A stretch of DNA of 64,000 nucleotides, taken from an uncultured Chloroflexia bacterium (GTDB lineage Bacteria > Chloroflexota > Limnocylindria > Limnocylindrales > CSP1-4). The position numbers and the translations under genes are program-made. The stretch's first letter is position 1, and each line of letters starts with the position of its first letter. Where the stretch lies: NCBI GenBank assembly GCA_963703575.1, contig CAVPEU010000008.1, forward strand, positions 193,880 to 257,879. The letters run 5' to 3'. The notes beneath the pieces were generated by a model. That model was given only the letters and a program-made list of their open reading frames with translations. It had not been told where the DNA came from and made no database searches. Positions 9,895 to 17,197 of this stretch are shown here, piece by piece.

Positions 9895-10956
9895 TCAGTA
9901 GCTCCAGACCTGGAGCCGGTCGTTGCCCCAGTCGGCGACGTAGACTCGGCCTCGGCCGTCGACGGCGATGCCGTTCGGAAATGCCATGAATCCGTCGTCG
10001 CTGCCCTTCAGGCCGAAGGCGTTGAGATACGTTGGACCCCGGTCGCCGGCGGCCATCGGGGCGTAGGCCTGAATCCGCGAGGCGCTCGAGTCAGCCACCA
10101 GGATGTGCCCGTGATCGTCGATCGCGACCCCCACCGGCAGGCCGAGATTGCCGGCTGCCTCGCCGCGCTCCACGATCCCGACCTTGGTCCCCGAGGCGTC
10201 GTACACCAGCAGCCGGCCGTTGGCCGTGTCGGTGACGTACACGTTCCCGCTGCCGTCCACGACGATCCCGTTGGGGTGGTCGAGGGAGTCACCGGCGCCG
10301 ATGTCGCGGAGCAGCTTGCCGTCGGGCGAGAACTCGTGGATCCGCTGGCTGCCGCCCCCGACGTCCGCGATGTAGACGTCGCCCTGCTGGTCGAACCCGA
10401 TCCCCAGCGGCTGCCAGCCGGCAAGGGCCGCACCCTGGTCGAAGACCCGCACGAAGGTGCCGTCGGCGGCGTAGATGAACACGCCGGAGTCGTAGCGGTC
10501 CGTCGTCCACACCTCGCCGGTGACCGGGTTCACCGCCAGGTACAGCTGGTGGGCCTGGGCGAGCTTCGTCGCAGGCGGCTTGAGCACGCCAAGCGTCGCA
10601 CCCTGCCGGTCCAGCATCAGCGTGTCCAGGGACGAGCCGTTCTGGGTCACGTAGATCCGCGACCCGTCGGAGCTGACGGCCACGCCCTGTGGCTTCGAGA
10701 GGTCGTACAGCGCGTACTGGTAGGTGGGCATGGCCACCGGGCCGATCGGCACCGGCAGCTCGGTGATCGGCTTGCGGAACAGCAGGTACCAGATCGACAG
10801 GGACAGGAAGACCAGCAGCAGCAGGAACAGGAACAGCAGCAACCACTTTCGGCGCCGGGCGTCCTCGCGCTCCTCGGCCGGCGGGGCCGGCTGCCCGGGG
10901 GCGTCCGGCTGGTCCGCGCCCGGACTCGGCTCGCCCGGCAGAGCGCCCAGCGTCAT
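9895..10956 (-). CDS. Membrane-anchored NHL-repeat (six-bladed beta-propeller) protein
   Basis: TM helix (WLLLFLFLLLLVFLSLSIWYLLF) followed by repeated motifs of NHL repeats (GVAVSSDGSRIYV, GDVYIAD, NGIVVDGSGNVYVTD, GVAIDDHGHILVAD, NGIAVDGRGRVYVAD). Start taken at the internal MTLGALPG. Confidence 0.7.
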   Translation of the reverse strand: MTLGALPGEPSPGADQPDAPGQPAPPAEEREDARRRKWLLLFLFLLLLVFLSLSIWYLLFRKPITELPVPIGPVAMPTYQYALYDLSKPQGVAVSSDGSRIYVTQNGSSLDTLMLDRQGATLGVLKPPATKLAQAHQLYLAVNPVTGEVWTTDRYDSGVFIYAADGTFVRVFDQGAALAGWQPLGIGFDQQGDVYIADVGGGSQRIHEFSPDGKLLRDIGAGDSLDHPNGIVVDGSGNVYVTDTANGRLLVYDASGTKVGIVERGEAAGNLGLPVGVAIDDHGHILVADSSASRIQAYAPMAAGDRGPTYLNAFGLKGSDDGFMAFPNGIAVDGRGRVYVADWGNDRLQVWSY

Positions 10957-10972
10957 GTCAGGGGAGTCCACC

Positions 10973-11956
10973 TCAGTTGCTCCCTTCCGCGCTCGGGGAC
11001 GGGACCACCGAGGGCACGGACGAGGCCGCCGCGTCGATGGCGCTGAGGCCGATCTGCGCCGACGCGTTGGCCGGATCGATGGCGAGCACCTGGCGGAAGT
11101 AGCTCGTGGCCGAAGTGTTGTCACCCTGCTGGGCCGCGATGAACCCGAGGCCGAGGAGGGCCTCGGACTTCATGGCGCCGGCGGTCAGCGGCCTGAGTGC
11201 GGCTGCCGCCTCATTCAGCCGCCCCTCGCAGAAGGCGGCCATGCCGGTCGCCCACGTGACGCCGTCCGGTTCGTGGAGGGCCGTATATGCCTCGGCGAGC
11301 TTCTGATACGGATCAGGCCAGCCTGTGGGCACGTAGGCGATGGCCAGGCGGAGCGCCGCGACGGCCTTGGTCGGGTCGCCCACCTTGATCTGCGCCGCGC
11401 CGAGCGAGTACAGCGCGTCGGCGTCGCCGGCGTCGATGGCGAGGGCCTTCTCAAGGCTCGTGACGGCGCCTGCTGCCTTGTCCTGTTGCAGCAGAACGGT
11501 CCCGAGCCAGTAGTACGCCTGCTCCAGCTGCGGGTCCGTGTCCGCGAACTCCCCCTTGCTGGCGGCGTCGATGAACTTCTGGAGGTCCGGGACCGCCAGG
11601 TCGGCCTGTCCGGACTGGACGTAGGCGATCGCTCGCCCGAGCAGCGCGGCCCGATCCCCTGCGTCGATCTTGAGCACCTCGGTGAACTGCGCGATCCCAT
11701 CCTCGAAGCGCTTCGCCGTGACGTAGGCCGCCGCGAGATGGTCGCGAGCCGCGATGTCGTTGGGGTTGGCCTGGACGGCCGCCTCCGCGGCGGTGACCGT
11801 GCGATCAGCGAAGGACGCGCCCGGATCGACGTGGCGGTCGTTCCAGTAGACGAGCACCATGGCCGGGATCCCGACGACGAGCGCGAGCCCGCAGATCAGG
11901 ATCAGCCGGTTCAGTGTTCGGTTCGAGATGGTCGTGGGACGAGCGACTCTCATCAT
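10973..11956 (-). CDS. Membrane-anchored TPR-repeat protein
   Basis: N-terminal TM helix (LILICGLALVVGIPAMVLVYW) followed by several TPR-like helical repeats. Start taken at MMRVARP. Confidence 0.6.
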   Translation of the reverse strand: MMRVARPTTISNRTLNRLILICGLALVVGIPAMVLVYWNDRHVDPGASFADRTVTAAEAAVQANPNDIAARDHLAAAYVTAKRFEDGIAQFTEVLKIDAGDRAALLGRAIAYVQSGQADLAVPDLQKFIDAASKGEFADTDPQLEQAYYWLGTVLLQQDKAAGAVTSLEKALAIDAGDADALYSLGAAQIKVGDPTKAVAALRLAIAYVPTGWPDPYQKLAEAYTALHEPDGVTWATGMAAFCEGRLNEAAAALRPLTAGAMKSEALLGLGFIAAQQGDNTSATSYFRQVLAIDPANASAQIGLSAIDAAASSVPSVVPSPSAEGSN

Positions 11957-12179
11957 GTGCGCTTCCTTGAGGCGGACGCCAGCGGGCGCGAACGCAGGCC
12001 ATCGGCGGACGCTGACGAACCTGAGCCCGGCTCCATGAGCAATCCTCGCCCGCGCAGGCGCGCGTTCCCATCCGTCAGGGGATAGAACTGCGATACAGGG
12101 CGGGGCGAGGACGCACCGGCGAGGCTGTATCGAGTGGCCCACGAAGGTCCCGTGGGACCGGGCCGGATGTCCTGTCGCG

Positions 12180-12704
12180 CTAGCTGCCCAGGCTCTGGCG
12201 AGGCGTCCGGAAGTCGCCGGGGACGTCCAGCTCGATCACGTGGCCCACTTCGCGCAGCGGGAAGCGGTCGAGGGGCCGGGGCGGCGGTCCGGCGAGGACG
12301 GTCCCGTCGAGCGCGAACGAGCCCTCGTGGCAGTAGCACCCGAAGCGGTGGTCGGCGGCCTCCCAACGGTAGGCGCACAGGGCGTGCGTGCAGCGCGGGT
12401 CGAAGGCGGTGACCTCGCCGCTGGCCTTCCTGACCAGCCAGGCCGAAGCATCCACGGAGCTGCCGCCCGACGCGAGCGTGAACTCGACCCTGGTCGGCGC
12501 GCCGACGACGAGCGTCGAGGGATCGAAGTCGACGGTGACGGTGACCGGCGGGGCGCTGCAGGCCTCGAGCAGCACGCCCAGGCCCCCGCCGCCGGCAAGC
12601 GCGCCGGCGCCCATCAGCAGCAGGACGCGGCGTCGCGGCAGCGGCGTCTCGCGGGGGTCAAAGGCCGGTTCGGGACAGTCGGGTCGGTGGTGGGCGTTTG
12701 CCAT
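12180..12704 (-). CDS. Rieske [2Fe-2S] iron-sulfur protein with Tat-type signal
   Basis: Twin-arginine-like N-terminus (PRRRVLLLMGAGALAGG). Rieske cluster boxes CTHALC and CYCHEGSF. No cytochrome b gene adjacent. Confidence 0.75.
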   Translation of the reverse strand: MANAHHRPDCPEPAFDPRETPLPRRRVLLLMGAGALAGGGGLGVLLEACSAPPVTVTVDFDPSTLVVGAPTRVEFTLASGGSSVDASAWLVRKASGEVTAFDPRCTHALCAYRWEAADHRFGCYCHEGSFALDGTVLAGPPPRPLDRFPLREVGHVIELDVPGDFRTPRQSLGS

Positions 12705-12770
12705 CGGGAAGAGCCTGGCAAAGGCGGGGGCTGTGGCCGCGGGGCCTGTGGGCTCCGGTTCGGTCTCCCC

Positions 12771-13205
12771 TCAGCCGGGCAGCACCGCCGGCTGCCGATC
12801 GGGATCGGAGGCGGAACGGTGATCCGCCTCGAGGCCACGATCCGCCTCGGGGCCGGAGCCCCGCGCGCCGCCTGCCACGACAGCCCTGATCTCGGCCAGG
12901 AAATCGTCGGGGCGACTGGACAGGCTCTCGCGTCGGAGCGCCCAGGCCCGGGTGGTGTTGATGTCCACGTCCAGGACCACCGCGCAGCTGGAGCGCCGCA
13001 CGATGTCGGCGGCGTCCACCCGGCCGCCCTCCTCGACGACGATCACCGCCGGCTCGTCGGCCAGCGCCTGGTCCACGGCCGCCTGTTCCGCGATGTCAAC
13101 CGCCTGTACGACGATGCCGCGCTCGGCGGCGAGCATCCGCTCCAGCCCTTCGCCCATCAGGGGATGGCTGTACAGGACGAGAACTCGCACCGGTTCGGGC
13201 GCCAC
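12771..13205 (-). CDS. Hypothetical protein, possibly a degenerate receiver-like domain
   Basis: ORF only. N-terminal VRVLVLYSHPLMGEGLERML resembles a receiver fold without the conserved acidic pocket. Confidence 0.3.
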   Translation of the reverse strand: MAPEPVRVLVLYSHPLMGEGLERMLAAERGIVVQAVDIAEQAAVDQALADEPAVIVVEEGGRVDAADIVRRSSCAVVLDVDINTTRAWALRRESLSSRPDDFLAEIRAVVAGGARGSGPEADRGLEADHRSASDPDRQPAVLPG

Positions 13206-13532
13206 CAGGGCTCCTCGTGGAATCGCGGGTCGCGGGTGCGGCCTGTACCGGCGATGCTAGGCGTGCCCTGCGCCGGCTCCAATCCCTCGCCCGGCACAGC
13301 CGGTTCCGGCGCCGCCTGTATCCGACGGGCTAGCGTTCTGCGCCCGACCCTGTGCCGACCGCGCCCGCGATGACCTGCCCTCGTGAGGACGCCCCGCGCA
13401 TCACCACCTCGGCTGATGCGGCGAGCCTGATCGCAGATGGGGGTGGTCCGCCCCCGCCGGGCGCGCCCGAACGGCGGCAAGGGCGGGGGCGGTGAGGACG
13501 GGGCGGGGTGACCAGGGCGAGCCTCGACCGCC

Positions 13533-14222
13533 TCAGTCGCGGGGGCGCTCCTGGGTCGCGAAGCCCTGGCGGACGGCATAGGCGGCGGCCTGCACCCGGT
13601 TCGTCAGGTGCAGCTTCTCGAGGGCGTTGTGGACGTGGTTCTTGACGGTGCCCTCGGTGATGGTGAGCTGGTTCGCGATCTCCTTGTTGGACATGCCGTC
13701 GGCGACGAGCTGGAGGATCTCCGACTCGCGCCTCGTGAGCACGCTGTCCTGCGCCGGCGCCGGGTGACCGTGCGTCGGGATGCCGCCGGTCCGGAGCGCG
13801 TCGAGCAGCTTGCTGGCGACGGCCGGGGCGATCGGCGCCTCCCCGCGCATCACGCCACGAAGGTCGTCGAACAGCTGCTCGGGCCGGACGTTCTTGAGCA
13901 GGTAGCCGTTTGCGCCGGCCTTGATCGACTCGAACAGGTCGTCATCGTCCTCGGACACCGTGAGCATGACGATCGGCGTCGTGATCCCGGCCTGCCGGAT
14001 CGCGTTGACACCGTCCACGCCCGAGGAGCCGGGCATGTTCACGTCCATCACGACGATGTCGGGGCGCAGGATCCGTACCTTGTCCAGCGCGTCCCGCCCG
14101 TTCTCGCCCTCGCCGATGACCGTCATGTCGAACTGCGCGCTGATCAGGGTCGCGAGGGCCCGCCTGAACAGCGGCTGGTCATCGACCAGCAGAACCCTCA
14201 GCCTGGGTGGAACGTGTGCCAC
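13533..14222 (-). CDS. NarL/FixJ-family response regulator (receiver + LuxR-type HTH)
   Basis: Receiver domain (RVLLVDDQPLFRRAL...DIVVMDVNMPG) and C-terminal LuxR HTH (LTRRESEILQLVADGMSNKEIANQLTITEGTVKNHV). Start approximate (GTG near 14222), overlapping the kinase gene end. Confidence 0.8.
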   Translation of the reverse strand: MAHVPPRLRVLLVDDQPLFRRALATLISAQFDMTVIGEGENGRDALDKVRILRPDIVVMDVNMPGSSGVDGVNAIRQAGITTPIVMLTVSEDDDDLFESIKAGANGYLLKNVRPEQLFDDLRGVMRGEAPIAPAVASKLLDALRTGGIPTHGHPAPAQDSVLTRRESEILQLVADGMSNKEIANQLTITEGTVKNHVHNALEKLHLTNRVQAAAYAVRQGFATQERPRD

Positions 14223-15999
14223 GCGTGTCCTCTGCCTGGAGGTGGACGACGACACGTGTCCCCTCGTTCGGGGCAGTATGCACGTCGAGCGTTCCACCGA
14301 TCTGTTCGACCCGTTCTCGCATGGAGGCGAGGCCGAAGCCGCCCTCCATCGAGCTCGCGACGGTCGCAGGGTCGAAGCCCACGCCATCGTCCTCGATCGT
14401 CAGCGTCGTCACCGGCCCGCCGCACTCGATCCGGACCGCGACCCGCTGCGCGCCGGAATGCTTGCGCGTGTTCGTCAGGGCCTCCTGCACGACGCGGAGC
14501 AGCTGGACCTCGCTCCGTGGCGTGAGGGATTGCCGGGTGTCGCCGTCGCACGCGAAGCTGGCCGCGATTCCCGTCTGGCGGCTGTACTTGCGCAGGTAGT
14601 CGCGCAGCGACCCCTCCAGGCCGGCGTCCTCGCGAACCGTCTCGCGGAGGCCGAGGATGGCCTCGCGAACGTCCCCGTACGCCTCGTCGGCGATCCCGGC
14701 GATGTCCGAGAGCTCTTCGGCCATCAGGTGGCTGGCCTCGTCCTTGGCGCGTCCCTCGAGGGCCCGGAGACGGAGGTGGATGACCCCCAGGACCTGGGCC
14801 AGGCTGTCGTGCAGCTCCCGGGCGATCCGGTCCCGCTCCGCGTGGATCGTCCACTGCTCCTCGGCCTCGTGGAGCCTGGCGGTCCGGACGGCGATGGTGG
14901 CCATGTCCGCGAGGGCCCCGAGCAGGGAGCGCTCCGTCTCGCTGAACGGGCGCCCGGTGCGCACGACGCACAGCTCGCCGAGGGTTCCGTCCGGGCCCCG
15001 GAGGGGGCGGGCGGCCCACGCGCGCTCGTGCTCGCGCTCGGCGATGAGCAGCGGGCAGAGCGGGTTGCGCGGGTGCTGGGCGCGGTCGGACTGGTGGGCC
15101 ACGAGACACACGCTGCCGTCGTCGGCCACCGCGAGCCGGTCGCGAATCCCTGCGCTGGCGGCCTCCGCCGCGTCCGACAGGCAGACCACGGCCCGCTCCG
15201 CCCCGAGCAGCTCCCGGGCGTGGCGGGTGATCGTGTCGAGCACGTCCCCCAGGTCGGTGCGGCTGGTCAGCTGGAGCGCGACCTCGTACAGGGCCGCGTT
15301 CTCCCGCTCACGCCGGTGGAGGTCCGTGAGGGTGAGGCCCAGCTGGGCGGCCCCCGCGATCTCGCCGGAGATATCGGTGAGGGCGGCCACGGAGATGTCC
15401 GGCTCGACGGGCGGGTAGAAGGCCACGCGCAGGTGCCCGATCCGGCCGCCACCGCGGATCAACGGGAGGTCCAGGATGCCGGTGTCCACGGCGGGCCGGG
15501 TCGTGTATCGCGGGACGTCGAGGCCGGGGTCGGCCGGCTCGTCCAGGATCGCGGCGAGCCAGGCGAGGCCCGGAGCGAGCGGTGCAGGCCGTCGGACCGT
15601 CAGGGGCTCGCCGCCGGTGGTCCGGATGGTGACGATGCCGGCCAGGGCGCCCGTCTGGGTCACGACGCGGTCCAGCGCCTGTTCCAGGAGGTCCGGCAGC
15701 ACGTGAGTGCCCCGGACGGCGGAGCTCACCTCGTGGGTGACGGTGAGATCCCTGTTCTGGGCAACGAGCTGCTTCTCGCTCCGGTCGAGGTAAACCGAGA
15801 CGATCGTCGCGAACACCACGATGGCGCCGCCCATGATCATGGCCGACAGGAGGTGCGCGGCGTCGCCGGTGACCTGGGGATCGAGGAACAGGAACCGGAC
15901 AAGCTCGAACACCCAGACGAAGACGACGGGCAGGATCATCGTCGCCCACTTCAGGCGATTCAGGTCGCGCGCACCCCTGGGCTCAGACATCCTCCGCAC
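14179..15999 (-). CDS. Sensor histidine kinase with TM helices, GAF domain, HisKA_3 and HATPase_c domains
   Basis: Two N-terminal TM helices and a GAF-like central region. H-box ERDRIARELHDSLAQ is typical of NarL-partner kinases; C-terminal ATPase motifs (DDGVGFD, GGFGLASMRER). Confidence 0.8.
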   Translation of the reverse strand: MRRMSEPRGARDLNRLKWATMILPVVFVWVFELVRFLFLDPQVTGDAAHLLSAMIMGGAIVVFATIVSVYLDRSEKQLVAQNRDLTVTHEVSSAVRGTHVLPDLLEQALDRVVTQTGALAGIVTIRTTGGEPLTVRRPAPLAPGLAWLAAILDEPADPGLDVPRYTTRPAVDTGILDLPLIRGGGRIGHLRVAFYPPVEPDISVAALTDISGEIAGAAQLGLTLTDLHRRERENAALYEVALQLTSRTDLGDVLDTITRHARELLGAERAVVCLSDAAEAASAGIRDRLAVADDGSVCLVAHQSDRAQHPRNPLCPLLIAEREHERAWAARPLRGPDGTLGELCVVRTGRPFSETERSLLGALADMATIAVRTARLHEAEEQWTIHAERDRIARELHDSLAQVLGVIHLRLRALEGRAKDEASHLMAEELSDIAGIADEAYGDVREAILGLRETVREDAGLEGSLRDYLRKYSRQTGIAASFACDGDTRQSLTPRSEVQLLRVVQEALTNTRKHSGAQRVAVRIECGGPVTTLTIEDDGVGFDPATVASSMEGGFGLASMRERVEQIGGTLDVHTAPNEGTRVVVHLQAEDTRGTRSTQAEGSAGR

Positions 16000-16153
16000 T
16001 GTGCCGTTCGATACATGCCCGGGCTAAGAGCCGTCCGGCCCGTGGGTGTTGGGGCCGTCCGGCCCGGAGCCGCGTGACAGGTCACGGGTGGGTGCACCGT
16101 CAGATCCGGTCCCGCACCACGTGCCGGCTATCCGCCCCGGCTTCGGCGCCTCG

Positions 16154-17197
16154 TCAGGGGCGCGGCCAGCCCTCGGCGTCGCCCTTCGGGCGCAGCTGCA
16201 CGAACTCGAACCCGAAGCGGCCCTTCACGCACAGGTGGCCGCCGCCAGCCGACGAATCGAGTGGCGAGGTCACCTTGACGATCGAGTTGTCCTGGACGTG
16301 GAGGGAGAGCGTGCAGCCCACGCCGCAGTACGGGCAGATCGTGTCCGTCGTCGTCTGGGCGGCTGGATCCCAGGTGCCGGCGACGCGCATCTCGTGCTCG
16401 GAGCGGAACATCAGTGCGCCGGTCGGGCAGACGCCGATGCAGTTGCCGCAGTAGACGCACGCCGACTCCGGGAGCGGGACGTCGAACTCGCTCGAGATCC
16501 GGGCGTCGAAGCCACGCCCGGCGACCGAGATCGCGAACGTGTTCTGGGCGTCCTCGCCGCATGCCTCGACGCACTTGTAGCAGAGGATGCAGCGCGAGTA
16601 GTCGCGGACGTACAGGTCGTTGTCCACCTTGACCGGCTGGGACACGGTCCGGGCCTCGGCCATCGCGCCCGTGGGCGCATGGTGGTGCCCGGGCTCGCGC
16701 GCGTCGCGCTCGCCCGCCGCCGCAGGTGCCGTCGCGGGACCGAACCGCGAGGCATCCGCCCCGTATCGGGCGGCGTACCGCGCCAGGTCTCCGTCCGGTT
16801 GGGTGGGCCCCGCCAGCGACAGGTCCACGGACGAGCCCAGCAGCTCGAGGACCATCCGGCGCGAATGGCGCACGCGCTCGCTGTCGGTCTGGATCTCCAT
16901 CCCGGGCTCCACGCGCCGCGAGCAGGCGGGGACCAGCACCCGTGACCCGGTGACCTCGACGACGCACACGCGGCACACGTTGACCGGGGTGAGGTTCTCG
17001 AGGTAGCACAGCGTGGGGGTGTCGATGCCGACGGACCGCGCGGCCTCGAGGATCGTGGAGCCGGCCGGGACGGTGACGGCCGCACCGTCGATGGTCAGCT
17101 CCACGTCCGGGACCTCGGGGGCGGGCGGCGGCTCGGGCACGCGTGTGGAGCGGGCCGGGGGCTGGACGAAGATGCGGCCGATGTCGAGCTCGGTCAT
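16154..17197 (-). CDS. Formate dehydrogenase alpha, N-terminal iron-sulfur module only (NuoG-like 2Fe-2S and two 4Fe-4S sites, plus the Mo-domain 4Fe-4S motif), ending prematurely
   Basis: 2Fe-2S motif CYLENLTPVNVCRVCVVEV...C; ferredoxin-type motifs CILCYKCVEAC and CVYCGNCIGVCP; then ICPYCGVGC...CVKGRFGFEFV, the FeS-0 motif of molybdopterin oxidoreductases. The ORF stops about 15 residues later. Start ATG overlaps the fdhB stop (ATGA). Confidence 0.75.
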   Translation of the reverse strand: MTELDIGRIFVQPPARSTRVPEPPPAPEVPDVELTIDGAAVTVPAGSTILEAARSVGIDTPTLCYLENLTPVNVCRVCVVEVTGSRVLVPACSRRVEPGMEIQTDSERVRHSRRMVLELLGSSVDLSLAGPTQPDGDLARYAARYGADASRFGPATAPAAAGERDAREPGHHHAPTGAMAEARTVSQPVKVDNDLYVRDYSRCILCYKCVEACGEDAQNTFAISVAGRGFDARISSEFDVPLPESACVYCGNCIGVCPTGALMFRSEHEMRVAGTWDPAAQTTTDTICPYCGVGCTLSLHVQDNSIVKVTSPLDSSAGGGHLCVKGRFGFEFVQLRPKGDAEGWPRP

